Assembly (NCBI RefSeq): GCF_006345805.1
Contig: NC_043000.1
Span: 75,826,001-75,890,000, forward strand
Source of the DNA: Octopus sinensis
Lineage: Eukaryota
Length of the DNA stretch: 64,000 nucleotides
Reading direction: 5' to 3'
How positions within the stretch are numbered: the stretch's first letter is position 1; every line of letters begins with the position of its first letter. Of the stretch, positions 1 to 12,632 are shown one piece after another. Position numbers and translations under genes: made by a program. The notes beneath the pieces are model-generated. The model searched no databases. It was not told where the DNA came from and worked only from the letters and a program-made list of their open reading frames with translations.

Positions 1-75
1 CTCAACTATGGGGTGGGGTGGTTGGTTCGCAGATAAATTAGAAGTTTTCAATATCATCATCATCATCATTATCAA

Positions 76-277
76 GGCAGCAAGCTGGCAGAATCACTAG
101 CACTCCAGGTGAAATGCTTTGTGGCACTTTGTCTGTTTGCATTTCTGAGTTCAAATTCCACTGAGGTCAACTTTCATCTTTTTGGGGTCAATAAATTAAA
201 TACCAGTGAAATACTGAGGTCAATATAACCAACTGGTCTCCTCCTCCAAAATTTCAGGCCTTGTGCCTTTAGTAGAA

Positions 278-280
<3 letters not shown>
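76..280 (+). mobile_element. tRNA-derived SINE-like repeat (family 1)
   Basis: A-box-like TGGCAGAATCA, B-box-like GAGTTCAAATTCC; body is homologous to 2221-2432; ends at an (ATT)n tract. Confidence 0.6.
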
Positions 281-310
<30 letters not shown>

Positions 311-313
311 GTT

Positions 314-890
314 CAGTAGTTTTATTTTTATTTTTATAGCGTGCTTTCACTTCACTACCGAGCGCAGCTCTGTGTGCCTTGGGTATGTGCTGTGATTTGT
401 TGTGATGCTCTGATGGTTATTGTATGGAAAGTGTTCTGCGTAGGATGTGTGCAGTGCCTAGTAGTGCAATTTTCTGTATGTTATATGTGTTTGTAAGTCC
501 TGGTGTTTTTGTTATGTATTTGTCTGAATATTTTTTTATCATGCCTAATGCACCTACTATGATAGGAATTGTTTCTGTTTTCAGATTCCACATTCTAGTT
601 ACCTCTATTTCCAGGTCTTTGTATTTTTAGAGTTTCTCCATTTCTTTTAGAGACATGTTGTCATCAGCCGGTATTGATACATCAATTAGAAAGCATTTTT
701 TTTCTTCATGGTCTCTGACAACTATATCTGGTCTGTTGACCTTAATTTCTCTATCTGTGTGTATCGGCATATCCTAGAGTATGGTTGCTTTCTCGTTTTC
801 TGTGACCTTTTCTGGTGTGTGCCTATACCATCTTTTTTCTGTTGTTATTCCATAATGTTGGCATAGCTTCCAGTGTATGTAGGTTCCAAC
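314..890 (-). mobile_element. R4/Dong-clade LINE family A, 5'-truncated 3' fragment
   Basis: Minus strand reads GTYIHWKLCQHYGITTEKRWY...KATIL and matches the REL region and 3' UTR (...aaaataaaactactg) of 35283-37013; flanked by (TAA)n on both sides. Confidence 0.9.
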
Positions 891-932
<42 letters not shown>

Positions 933-967
933 CATTATTATTATTATTATTATTATCATTAGTAGTA

Positions 968-1007
<40 letters not shown>

Positions 1008-1559
1008 CAGTAGTAGTATTACTATGATTATTAAGGTAACAATTATTCTTTGGCAATGCAGAAGTAGCCACACACACCATAATAATATATACTTCTGAAT
1101 CCTCACCAGCGTTGCATTGTAGACGTATATACATAAACAAACACTCGTACACATAAGTATATACCCATATAGTACGCAGTTGTAAAACCAGTTCACAGGT
1201 TGAAAAAATTGTCAAGTACCCTATTTCTATATCTATATACATACACATACACACATACATATGTGCATAAATATATGTCCATAGTACTACAGTGGATATA
1301 CATCAGCAAGGTAACAAAGATATATGAACATCAACATGTGAGCATGCGCTCAAACCTCCTTGGTTTGAGGTGGCAGTGAGGGGTGAGTGGGAGGGGAAAA
1401 TACCAGTTATTAATTCCAGTGGGTGAGCTGTGTGTAGATAGAAGAATAGCTGTTGTTCATGGTGCAAGCATGAAGCAGACGATTGATGATAATAATAACA
1501 CAAAGTGATGCAGACAGATATGACCAGAAGAATTAAAGTGAGAAGCCACAAATTGAAGT

Positions 1560-1950
1560 GGTTCTCTGCTGCTATGTTAAAAATTTAAAAGAGCCTCTCC
1601 AAACAGTTTGCTAATCTCTGAATAGTGTCTTCAATCGACAGTAAGCTGCAAAGCTGACCCTTCAATAATGTAAGAATTGTTCTTGGTGGTGCAGGTGAAA
1701 TAGTTAAGTCATATAGGGTGGTAACATTTTGGATGAACAGTGGACATGTGAGAAAGTAAAGAATGTAAACTTGGTTTGGCAAAATGTGAAAGAACTATGA
1801 ATCAGGGGTTCATGGAGATTGCAGTTACATGTGAAGAAAGGTAGAGGATAATCAGAGAAAATGTAGAAAGTAATCAGGGAAATGGAAAGTAGTTGGTGGT
1901 AGAGTGGATATAAGACATGAAGATGAATGCACAATCATCATTGCATCTAT
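1560..1950 (-). mobile_element. Decayed Penelope-like element, GIY-YIG region
   Basis: Broken frames give PLIHSSF / HVHCSSKNV, resembling FTCTSKNVIYC of the 48029-49051 ORF; many stops. Confidence 0.45.
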
Positions 1951-2220
1951 ACTATTGACTGCATCTCCATCCTTATGTCATAAAGTTGGAGTCATGACCA
2001 CAGTGACAGTGAATATGAAGAAATTGTAAATAGGGGTTGGACCTCTTAAATCTGGTACCATATGGTTCAGCACTCTATGGTTTAGTATATTTTGAATATT
2101 CCTCCTGTATTACATTACATTAAAAATAAAAATTCATTCAGAAGCAGTATTAGTTGTATTATTTCCCACTTTAAGCTTTGTTCAAGCTTTAATAAGACAT
2201 TAATATATATATATGACATA

Positions 2221-2432
2221 GGCAATGAACTGGTAGAATTTTTAGCATGCCAGGCAAATTGCTTAGTGATATTTCATCCACTTTATGTTCTGAGTTCAAA
2301 TTCCACCGAGGTCAACTTTGCCTTTCATCCCCTTCAGGGCCGATAAAATAAGTATCAGTTGAGCCCAAGGGTTGATATAACTGATCTATCCCCTCCCCCG
2401 AAATTTCTGGCCTTGTGCCAAAATTTGAAATC
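2221..2432 (+). mobile_element. tRNA-derived SINE-like repeat (family 1)
   Basis: GAGTTCAAATTCCACCGAGGTCAACTTTG...GGCCTTGTGCC is shared with 76-280. Confidence 0.65.
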
Positions 2433-2719
2433 AATATATACATGACATGAAAGGGTAAGGCAATGTTCATATAAGGGCTTCCCTTAGGGGTCAATTTCTG
2501 TTTCCTTGTATTTTCCAGTGGCCCAGCAATGACCAAGACCTAGAATGGGTCTGTTGAATTGGAGCTGATATAGAACTAAACAAGAACATGGAATTATTTG
2601 CCACCTTAGGTAATATCAGGAAATATGGTATACATGCTATATGTTAACTTTTATCAAATTTCTTACAAAATGATGAAATGAATATTAATTTTCAAAAGAA
2701 ATATATTTTGGCTGAGAAC

Positions 2720-3500
2720 AAAAGTTCAGACTGTTTTTGTAAGTAAAATTCGAACACAATATTTAGATACTCAACAACATGTTTCCTTTTGTTCCACTAC
2801 CTTTTGTCATCAATGAGGCAGCTTCATGATCCCATCTTCTCAAAACTTGACTTCTTTCTGGGTCATGGACTTGTCTACATGACTTTTATAGTCTTCCAAA
2901 GAGTTGAAGTTCTTTTTACAAAAAGAATTTTGTAATGATTGAAATAAATGATAGTCCAAAGGTACATATGGTGGGTGTGGTAGGACATCTCAGCCAAGCT
3001 ACACCAATTTCTGCTATAGCATTGTCTTGAATGAAGTTGACATTCTTTTGATTGGTTAATTCTGGAGGTGTCTCATCGATTACCTCCTTTAATCAGTCTA
3101 ATTGGGAACAATGAGTTCTTAATTCAATATGTGATTTTGCAAAAGGAGCTTGTAATACACAAAGACTTTTCAATCCCACCAGATACAGAGCATCACATAT
3201 TTTGGATATTGAGGTGGTTAATTTAATTTTCTTTGTGGCTTTTTTTCATGCCACATTGTTGTAAATAATTTGTTTTTCATTACCTGCAATCTTCCTTTTC
3301 AAAAATTGGTATTTTGTGTTGTTTGAGCAGAGAATTGTACATGGAAATGGGGCTCATTAAATTTTTTTCCCTTAATTTATGTGGCACCCAAACATCATGA
3401 TGCCTTATAACATTCATTTGAAATATGTGGAATATCCCTGTGATGTCTCATGTTATGTGACACAGATTATTTTTGATTAGTGTTTCAATTTGTTCATTAT
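2720..3500 (-). mobile_element. Highly decayed mariner transposase relic
   Basis: Minus-strand translation gives NVNFIQDNA, DVLPHPPY..LDYHLFQSLQN and EDGIMKLP (DD34D mariner motifs), with stops. Confidence 0.65.
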
Positions 3501-3898
3501 CAATGACTATAGGCCCTGCACATATCATTTTTGCTGATTATTCAGCGTTTTTCCTTTCTGGAAATAAAAGAGCCCCAAATGACAAAAATGTGGCACATTT
3601 TCTTCCATTTTCACTTTTAATGTGAAAACAGTAGAAATAAACTATCTACAGAGTAATCATAAAGAAGGATGTGATGAACTGTCACCCTTCAGAAAATATG
3701 TTATATGCATATGTCATGTGAGAAACAAAATCACTTGTTTAATGCCACCAAAAGAAAAATGACATGAAGTTTTGTTCCAACCCAATAGATTACCTTAAAA
3801 TAATATTTGATAAAGCTATATTCAAAAAGTAAAAAAAAAGAATTTTTGTTGATTATTGAAGTCCACAACCACTCATCATCTTCTCTCTTTCATATATA

Positions 3899-4035
3899 CA
3901 GGGTGCGATGGATAAATTGTCACCATTTTCTATTTTTAATTTTGTGCATGTGCATTGTTTGTTTTTGATTTTGTTGACTACACAGTATAGCAGGGTCAGT
4001 TGGACACTGTCTGTGAGGAAAACAGCAACATGAGG
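3899..4035 (+). mobile_element. Left end (TIR) of a DD37D/maT-type transposon
   Basis: TA + CAGGGTGCGATGGATAAATTGTC and the next ~100 bp match the left end of 51415-52648. Confidence 0.65.
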
Positions 4036-4044
4036 CAATTTAAA

Positions 4045-6312
4045 AAACGGTATTCAAATGACATTTTTGACATAAGTGAAAGAAAAAATTATTTTGGCAC
4101 CAACGGCTACACCAGATGGAGAAGAAACAGGAGGAGGGGAAGACGAAAGTCGCAAAGCCCCTCATCAAGCCTAAAAGGAAAAATAAGGTAAATAACATAA
4201 TTTTTTTTTTATCACGATGATTAAGTTAGGATGTATAAATGTGCATGGCCTGGGGTCGAAATGGAAGCAGACATGCCTCTTAAACGATGTCAGGTCACAA
4301 AAGATAGACATATGCGTTGTGACTGAGTCCAAGCTGAACGGCCCACAGGAATTCTCGCCTCTTCTGAACGACTACAAGAAGTTTATTTCTCCGAGTCAAA
4401 GAAGGGGTAGGGTCATTGTGGTGCTGTTAAAAAAAAGCCTGGACATACAGGTAAGTACAGTCATTTTAGACCCAGAAGGTAGGCTGGTTGTTCTAGATGT
4501 GACACATGTAAGCAGTCCTTCAGGTTGGTGGCAATCTATGCTCCAAAAGAGGATAGTCAAACAATCTTCTTTCGAGACTTGGAGAATTTCCTTGTGATGT
4601 CGTAAACTTTAGTTTTAACAGGAGACTTCAACACTATTCTCGACGTGCGAGTGAATAGTGTAGGCTTGAATAATAGAAAAGGAAGCCCTGGCCTAAAAAG
4701 GCTACTAGCGAGCTATAAACTAGTAGACTGATACAGACTGGATGAATCGCTCGTTCCATAGTGGACGTGGTCTAATAACGACGGTTCATTCAGGTCTTAC
4801 TTAGATAGGGTTATTATAGGAAGGGCATCCAGCCGTAGAAACATTGCCAGATCAGACTGGGCCTGGTGCAGCCTTCTGGCTTCCCAGACCCTAGTTGCAC
4901 CGTCCAACCCATGCCAGCATGGAAAGCGGACGCTAAACGATGATGATGATGATGATGATAGTGATAGAGATATAGTTAGTTGTCCACATTTTCACTGTGC
5001 CTCTTACACAGATCACAAATTTGTGACGTGTGAGGTGTAGTTAGCTAAGTGTCATAGACAGGGGCCTGGGTACTGGAAGTTGAACAAGTCTATTTTGACT
5101 AGTAAAGTCTTCCATACCCGGATTAGGGAGATAGTACAGAGGGCATTATGCAGAGCTGTCGTGAACAACAGATGGTGGTGCACCCTCAAACGAGCCATTC
5201 GTTTAGAGTCTCTCAGATTTAGTAAAGAGCTAAATTTAGAGAGGATTAGAATAGAAGGGCATTTAACTAAGGAATTAGAGGAGGCCATAGCATCAGGTTC
5301 TGCATCCAGAGTGTTGGTGGGAAGAACGGTATTATTCCGGCACCTCCAAGCAAAACATGAAGGGTGTAGAGTCAGGACTAAGTTACGCACGGTGGGCAGA
5401 GAAGGTATTAACGTTGCTGGATGGGCCCGTCATGTGGAGAGTCGGAGAGGCAGAGAAGCCTCTGTACAGTCTTTAATTGATGAACAGGGTCACTTGATTG
5501 AAGGACAGGCGGAGATGCAGAAGGCCTTTCATCAGCATTTCGCCTGGTTGTTTGGGACGAGTGAGGCATTGGACCATGGGGAGACCTTAAGGGAATTCCT
5601 GGCTGATGGGCCACGACTCTTGGCAAGTGAAGCGAGGTGCTGTGGAGGTCGAAAAGGTGCTGTCCGAATGTGCTCAGGACAAGTCACTGGGGCTGGATGG
5701 TCTGCCCTACGAGTTTTACAGTAGTATGCCAGACTTGTTTGGACACTTGCTGGCTTGCGTGTCCATGAAATGGCAGCAGAATGGGAGAATTCCCAGTTCT
5801 GTGAGTCAGGGTGTGGTAACACTGGTCAGAAAAGACCTGAGCAAGGGGGACCATATTAGTAATTTCCGGTAAAGGTGGGGCACTGGTCCATTTAGACCAA
5901 AGTAAAGCCTTCGATAGGGTCGACCATCGGTACCTGGCAGCAGTCCTTGAGGTGGCTGGGCTGGGCCCAGATTTCTGTGGTTGGATCAAGGCCATTTATG
6001 GTGGCATCAAATCCACAGTTCAGTTGAATGGTTACCATCGGAGCCGTTCAAGATCAGGCGTTCAGTTCGTCAAGGGTGCCCTCTGTCTCCGCTTCTGTAT
6101 GTACTGACTCTCAAGCCATTGCTGCAAAAGTTGGAGAAGTTGGGAAGCACCACTAATGAAATTGGATGTGGTAAGAGTGTCTCTGCATATGCGGATGACG
6201 TCACCATCACCGTATCCAAGATGACTCAGCTACATCATGTAGCGGAGGCAATCAGAAGGTATGAGACGGTAGCAGGGGCAAAAGTTAACATGGACAAGTC
6301 CATTGGTTTGTG
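4045..6312 (+). mobile_element. Decayed Tx1/L1-clade LINE (ORF1 tail, APE, RT)
   Basis: MIKLGCINVHGLGS (APE start), GPGYWKLN, GLDGLPYEFY, RQGCPLSPLLY, AYADD; colinear with ORF2 at 12633-16037; frameshifts and deletions. Confidence 0.85.
4819..4960 (+). mobile_element. SINE 3' fragment with (GAT)n tail inserted in the Tx1 APE domain
   Basis: Removing it restores LDRVIIGR-SDRDIVSCPH, matching IDRIITRRKDKKILSCPQ of the intact element; ends in (GAT)7. Confidence 0.7.
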
Positions 6313-7100
6313 GCTCCATTTCGCTGACGACATCATACTCATCGCTGAAACCATGGATCAGCTTCAGACCATGCTGACGGAGCTCAACATCAAAAGCTCT
6401 GCAGTAGGTCTCAAGATGAACCACATGAAAATGAAGTTCATGCGGTCAGACAATGTACCAACAGGCCAAATGGTGATCGGCAGTGATGAAATAGAGGAGG
6501 TAAAGGAATATGTCTACCTGGTACAGGAAGTGAATATGTGTCGAGATATCGAAAAGGAAATCTCACAGAGAGTAAGGGCCGGATGGAAGGCGTTTAATGG
6601 CATAAGGGATGTGCTCAAGGGAAGGTTGGACAGGACCACCCGCGCCAACCTCATCAACAGTACAGTTCTACCTGCAATGTTATATGGTAGTGAAATATGG
6701 GCTACCACAAAGAGAGAAGAGCAGAGACTGGTAACGGCTCAAAGAGCCATGGAAAGGTCAATGCTTGGTATCTCGTTGAGAGAGCTCATCAGTAGCGAGA
6801 TCATCAGAAAGAAGTCCGGCATGAGGGATGTCATTGCAGAGTATACACGCAGCAAGTTTAGATGGGCTGGACACGTCGCCCGGCTCACCGATAATCGGTG
6901 GACCCGCACAGTTATCAAGTGGTACCCGCGTGAGCGGAAACGACCTCTCGGAAGGCCTCCATGGTGGTGGAGTTACGATTTCAGGAGGACGATTGGGATC
7001 ATGTGGATGAGAAAGGTGCAATCCAGAGAGGAGTGGACAGCGTGCTGTGACCAGCGGTGTCAAATGGATGCCCGACGGACTGGTTGGTCTAATATCCATC
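6313..7100 (+). mobile_element. RTE-clade LINE 3' fragment (RT C-half)
   Basis: HFADDIILIA, RAGWKAF, VLPAMLYGSEIW, AQRAMERSMLG, RWAGHVAR..DNRW, KRPLGRP; open frame. Confidence 0.9.
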
Positions 7101-7209
7101 AGTCAGGAAAAAATGCACTTGTATATTTCTCAGTAGAGTGGATATATTAATTGAAGTGTATAGTATATAATACTGTACACTTTGATTGATTAACGCGCGT
7201 GTGTGTGTG

Positions 7210-7358
7210 TGTGTCTATCCTCCCACTTAACAACTGTGCTTAGTACCAGGATTAACAAAAGAATAAGTACTGGGATCAATTCATTCGACTGAAAATACTT
7301 CAAGGCAGTTTCCCAGCATGGTTGCAGTCTAATGACTGAAACAAGTAAAAGATAAAAG
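7210..7358 (+). mobile_element. SINE 3' tail fragment
   Basis: GAATAAGTACTGGGATCAATT...CAGCATGG.TGCAGTC.AATGACTGAAACAAGTAAAAGA matches the tail at 53780-53880. Confidence 0.55.
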
Positions 7359-7359
7359 A

Positions 7360-7408
<49 letters not shown>

Positions 7409-7410
<2 letters not shown>

Positions 7411-7962
7411 GCCCTGATGCAATACTGGGTACTGGCTCTTATGGCTTCTCATCTTAACAGATTGGAAGTGTTATCATGTACATTGTTTTGTCTTGGTATA
7501 AAAGAGGGCTACATCAAATATTCTGCTCAATACCACAGATTTGCTTGTAAATTGTTAGACTTTAACCAGTTGAGCATGTTCCTTGGTGGCTGACAATATG
7601 TGCATCTCTGATCACAAGTAGAAGTAGTGGGGGAGCATCATAGCCATGTGTTGACAGGAATTCTATGAGGTTTGGATAATTCACCTTTGGAAACATGAGT
7701 GTTTCATTCAACATCCTTAAACAACCCTTATTCAAGGACCTTTTGAGTGGGATGGGTTACTTGACGAGAAGAAAATTCTAAGTGGGCCCCACCTGCAAGA
7801 TCCTGTGCTGTTTATCTTGATATGAGATCACCATGTCATGCACACATGGTTGTGATGCATGTGCCTGGTTTACCCTTCTCAGACGAGTAGTCATGATGGG
7901 TATACTGGGCTTCATATATTTTACCCCAGTGTCACTTGATGGCATGCACTGCTCTCTGACTA
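7409..7962 (+). repeat. 556-bp (AAT)n-resident noncoding element, copy 1 (diverged)
   Basis: Begins ATGCCCTGATGCA; homologous end to end with 31117, 34701, 43601 and 44185. Confidence 0.9.
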
Positions 7963-8154
7963 AACAATGATGATGATGATGATAATGACAAAGCAATTGT
8001 CACATGTGAAAACTCATGTTTAAATAAAAACTAGTTTATAACAGTTCCAAGAGTTACTTATCTATTGACCTCAAATAATGAAGGTCAGATATTGCTTTTA
8101 TTTTGACTGGGAAATTACATTACATATACAATTCATTATCTACCTTCAGATATC

Positions 8155-8187
<33 letters not shown>

Positions 8188-8224
8188 ACTACTACTACTA
8201 CTACTAACAAGAACAGCAACCTCA

Positions 8225-9050
8225 ACAACAATAATAACAATTCTTTCCCTGATATTTATCTGAATAGCAGGCGTGAGGTGTTTAATCCCTGCCCACATGA
8301 AAAGAAGTACATCCTCTCGTATCTGCGTGCCCCGACATGACTGGTCCCGGCAAAGAATTTGACCAAAGCACATACCAATGCACGTTCCTATAAAGCGGAC
8401 ACCCCACAAAACAGACTGTATCCCATCACTCCAACATATACCCCTTCACACACATTGTACCCCCCACATACATATAGACTCCCCCGCGCACACATTACAC
8501 ACCACACACTAACATAACCCCTCTCTACAACCTTATCCTTTACAAAAAGAAACAGACCAACGATCACAGCCATATATACCTACAACCCCGAAATAATTAT
8601 GCCCATGACACCACTAGACATTTCATACACCCCATCCCTACAGGAGCACCGCATTTAATAACGCACACTTCCCTCACAAACGCTTTAAGATAACTCTTAC
8701 CGGTCTCACAGCATACCAAACCAAGGAGCATAACTCCTAATCTAATTCCTTGTCCTTTTTCGTTTCACCACCCTGTTTCAAAGCAGCCACTGACCAGATG
8801 TGCTAATCCACCTCTGACAATAGAGAGCATTCACCATATTTCTTTCCATATCGGCTAACTCTGATGAGCGTAAGGTTAAATAATCGGATTGTTACCTAAC
8901 ACTCCATTGTATTCTTTGCGCGAAACCGATTGGCAAAATCAGCCCTGATGGATATATAATACTATATATTTCGGATAATATATCAGCTCTATTGACAGAT
9001 ATACGAGTGCGTCTTTTCCTTGATTTATGGTCTCTTAGACGACTCACGCA
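8225..9050 (+). mobile_element. Penelope-like element 3' end (ORF C-terminus plus 3' region)
   Basis: YLNSRREVFNPCPHEKKY resembles the LNxRxE..KCRH C-terminal motif of Penelope-like ORFs; hammerhead-like core downstream. Confidence 0.55.
8855..8935 (+). ncRNA. Degenerate hammerhead-like motif
   Basis: CTGATGA (8861-8867), stem II GCGTAAGG/CTTTGCGC, GAAAC, then CGAT (one change from the palindrome ACCGGT); stem I is poor. Confidence 0.4.
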
Positions 9051-9143
9051 CCTATACATGCATGCATGCATACATACACATACATACATACATACATACA
9101 TACATACATACATACATACATACACACATCCATCCATCCATAC

Positions 9144-9192
<49 letters not shown>

Positions 9193-9240
9193 TGTATGTA
9201 TGTATATGTATGTATGTATGTATGTATGTGTATATATGTA

Positions 9241-10290
9241 TAAGGCTAAGTAAAAAGTAAGCGTTGTTTGGAAAAAAATGAAATCCATCACAATATATTT
9301 CAACAATGTGGAAATTTTATTCACCAAAGTAAGTACCATTACAATCAACATATTTTTACCAACGAGTTATAAGTTTGTTTATTCCGGTAACATAAAAATC
9401 TGGAGTTCTGGAGCTGATGAACTCTTTGAACGCACTTTCAGCATCAGTTTTGATTTTGAACTCCTTCTTTTGCAGGAAACCATCAAGGTGCTTGAAAAAG
9501 TTGTAGTCAGTTGGAGAAAGGTCTGGGAAATAAGCTGGGTGGGGAAGAACTTCGTAGCCAAATTTCCTCAACTTCTAGAGCGTCCTTAGTGAAACATGTG
9601 GTCGAACATTGTTATGAAGAATAATTGGCCCTCTTTTGTTGACCAGTCTGGGACGGTGGAGAAGCAGATTTTCGTTCATTTTGGCAATTTCATGGCAATA
9701 TGTTTCTTCCGTAATGGTTTTTCCGGGTTTTAAGAAGTTATAGCGGATGAGTCCAACAGTACACCACCAAACAGTCATAGTAACCTTCTCTTTGAAGAGA
9801 TCGGGTCTAGGGAATGTTTTCGGTGCTTCATTTTGGTCCAACCACCATGAAGAACGTTTTTTTTTTTATTATTATACAGAATCCACTTTTCATTGCCAGT
9901 TACAAAACAGTCGAAAAATGGATCGTTTGGTTATGCAGAGGAAGCGACGAACGAAGTTCATATTTTCCCATTTTTTGATTTTCATTCAAATCTTGTGGTA
10001 CCAATTTGATGAGCATTTTTGATTTTCCGATCGCATGGAAGTTGTTGCAGACATTTTACTGGCTAACTCGAAGTTCTTTTGCCAGTTCTCGAGTGGTTTT
10101 ACGTGGATCTTTCTCAACGATAGTTTTTAATTGAGGGTCATTGATGACAGATGGGTGTCCACTACGCTCACGATCTTCAAAGCTCAGGTTTACACTGCGA
10201 AATCGTTTAAACCATTTTCGAGCTGACCATTCACTGGTCTGAAGAACAGTCAACTAACTGCGAAATGATCTGTCAGATATGTGTGTATGC
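9241..10290 (-). mobile_element. mariner (DD34D) relic, 5'-truncated
   Basis: WFKRFRS, KVTMTVWWCTVGLI, HNNVRPH, PHPAYFPDLSPTDY; TIR-like end at 9241 after TA. Confidence 0.85.
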
Positions 10291-10324
10291 GCGTATGTAT
10301 GTATGTGTGTGTATTACCTATCTT

Positions 10325-10467
10325 TCCATCCTGATGACTGAGGCTAATTTTATGGTAATGTTTATATGCATCCACTAATGGTTGCATATCTTTGACTATC
10401 TACACACTCCATCTGCCAACATTATAACTATTATGTAATTTTGAGCCCCCAGAAACAGCTGTTGGAT
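10325..10467 (+). ncRNA. Hammerhead-like motif with long stem II
   Basis: CTGATGA (10331-10337)...GGCT/AGCC...GAAAC AGCT GT T GGAT; helix III is the perfect palindrome ACAGCTGT. Confidence 0.45.
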
Positions 10468-12259
10468 TTGAAATACCATGCCCTTTCCCCTTAGTTTTCC
10501 GTATTTTTTGTACTCCATGTAAATTTGTTCAGTAAAAATATAAATATCTTTACGCTTATTCATGAGTGTTCATCTGAATATTTTCAGTTTTTGTTTCTCT
10601 ATATATCCCCATATATATTTATAAGTCTTTATGTATGTATGTATGTATGTATGTATGTATGTATGTATGTATATATGTATGTTTCATATATCAAGCCCAA
10701 ACATGTTTATCTGCATCACTTTCTCCATATCACCTCACCTGGGTTTCTCTTATAGCCACTCTTTGCCCCGTGGATTTATTTCTCGATAAAGACTTCAAAG
10801 TATAAGTTGAAATCATTTGAGCACTACTACATGTTTTCTATATTGTGCATCTCTGGATCTTCCCTGTTGACTTTATGCATTCATGCATACACACATACAT
10901 ATCTGCCTGTCTGTCTACCTACCTACCTACCTACCTATCTACCTACATACATACCTACCTGCCTGCCTGCCTGTCTACCTGCCTGCATGCATGCACACAC
11001 ACATGCATGAACGCGCGTGCGCACCCCTAACACACCACTGAAATACCATCCATGTTACAGAAGAACGACGACTTAAGTTTGTTGCTTGGTTTTCTTTGGT
11101 CTACCCATTCAGAGAAAAAATGGGGTTAAACTAGGAGTTGTAACATACGTACTTTTCCAAAGTTCTGTAATATAACTGTAGCTTATATAGCTTATATAGA
11201 TGTGCCGCAACATTTCGTGATGACTCAAGTTTGATTAGGCAAACAAAATGTACTGAACACACTAGTAGCTGTATGTTAACTACAGGTGTGTCATAATTAA
11301 ACATTGACAATAAATAGTTTCGGGAAAGCTGAAAAATAAATATTGGTTTTAATAGGTAACTAGCCATTTCTCTGTTAAAAGAAGGATTAAATTATGAAGT
11401 GATTTTACTACTAAATTGGTGGAATTGCGACAGTATTAGTATAACTAACATGGTCAGAGACAACATGAGATCAAATATGACTATTGGGACAGTGTTGTAA
11501 CTTCAGGAAAAATGCACAGTGCCATTTGCATCGTCATCAAAAACATCACCATTTTGTTGCCACCATTGTTCCACCGTTACAAACAACATTCTCACCAACA
11601 TTATTGTCATCATGCCAACACTGAATCTCTATGTAGCCTGCTTGACTTACTAGAAATAGCAGACAAATTTCCTTTAAATTAGATTTTATCTTATTAATAA
11701 AGTTGATATCTAAAACTAACTGGATTCTCTAGTTCTAATATATGTTGTCTGAACTGCTGTGTTATGGGAACGTCAAGAAACCAATGCTGGTTTTCAAATG
11801 TGGGGGACACACACACACACACACACACATACACATGTATATATCTGTCTATCAAATCGTAGTGGGATTGAACCCAGAGCCTCGTGGTTGCTAAGCAAAC
11901 AACTACAAACCATACTTATGTCTATTTTGATCATACAATCATGTCTGCACCTCAAATCTCTAGATATACCACACACACACAAGCACACACAGACACAGAC
12001 AGACAGACAGACACACACACACATTTACACACTTTCTCTTACTTCCGGGATCTGGAGAAAGGGCAGTGCCCATACCTTTCGTAGGCCCTTGGAGACTAGT
12101 GAAACATGAGAAGAAAGGAGATTCCTGAGGGTCAACATTCTGGGAAGGACTGGGTATAGTGATCAGTGTGGGATCAGATGGATGTAGATTCACCAGGGTG
12201 TTGAAAGATGAGTGAGAGTAGGAGGAACAGAGATCACTGTAGAAGAAGTAGGAAAGGCA

Positions 12260-12336
12260 GAGAGAGAGAGAGAAATAGGAAGAGAGAGAGAGAGAGAAAG
12301 AGGGAGTGAGAGAGATAGAGATAGATACATAGATAG

Positions 12337-12367
<31 letters not shown>

Positions 12368-12410
12368 GACAGATAGATAGATAGACAGAGAGAGAGAGAG
12401 AGAGAGAGAG
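12260..12410. repeat. (GA)n/(GATA)n microsatellite, 3' flank of the Tx1 element
   Basis: Direct inspection. Confidence 0.95.
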
Positions 12411-12632
12411 TATTTCTTTATTCACCATAAGGTTGAGAAAAAGAGGGGACAAAACAAACGTTGGGGTCAGGGTATCGAATGAGACGAAACATATGAATAA
12501 ACAAACAATTAAAATATATACAATTAAATGAGAATGAGTGATTTACAAACAAATGAAGCGGAGGACGCGGTCGACCCCACAAACCACATACTCACACTGA
12601 AGACTTTGCTTTATCCTTTTTTACATTCTCGA

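Noticed and set aside
11153-11268. Possible host exon on the minus strand (cag|CTACTAG...GGAAAA|gtacgt, one open frame)
   Set aside because: No recognisable protein motif, weak polypyrimidine tract and no partner exons; needs RNA-seq.
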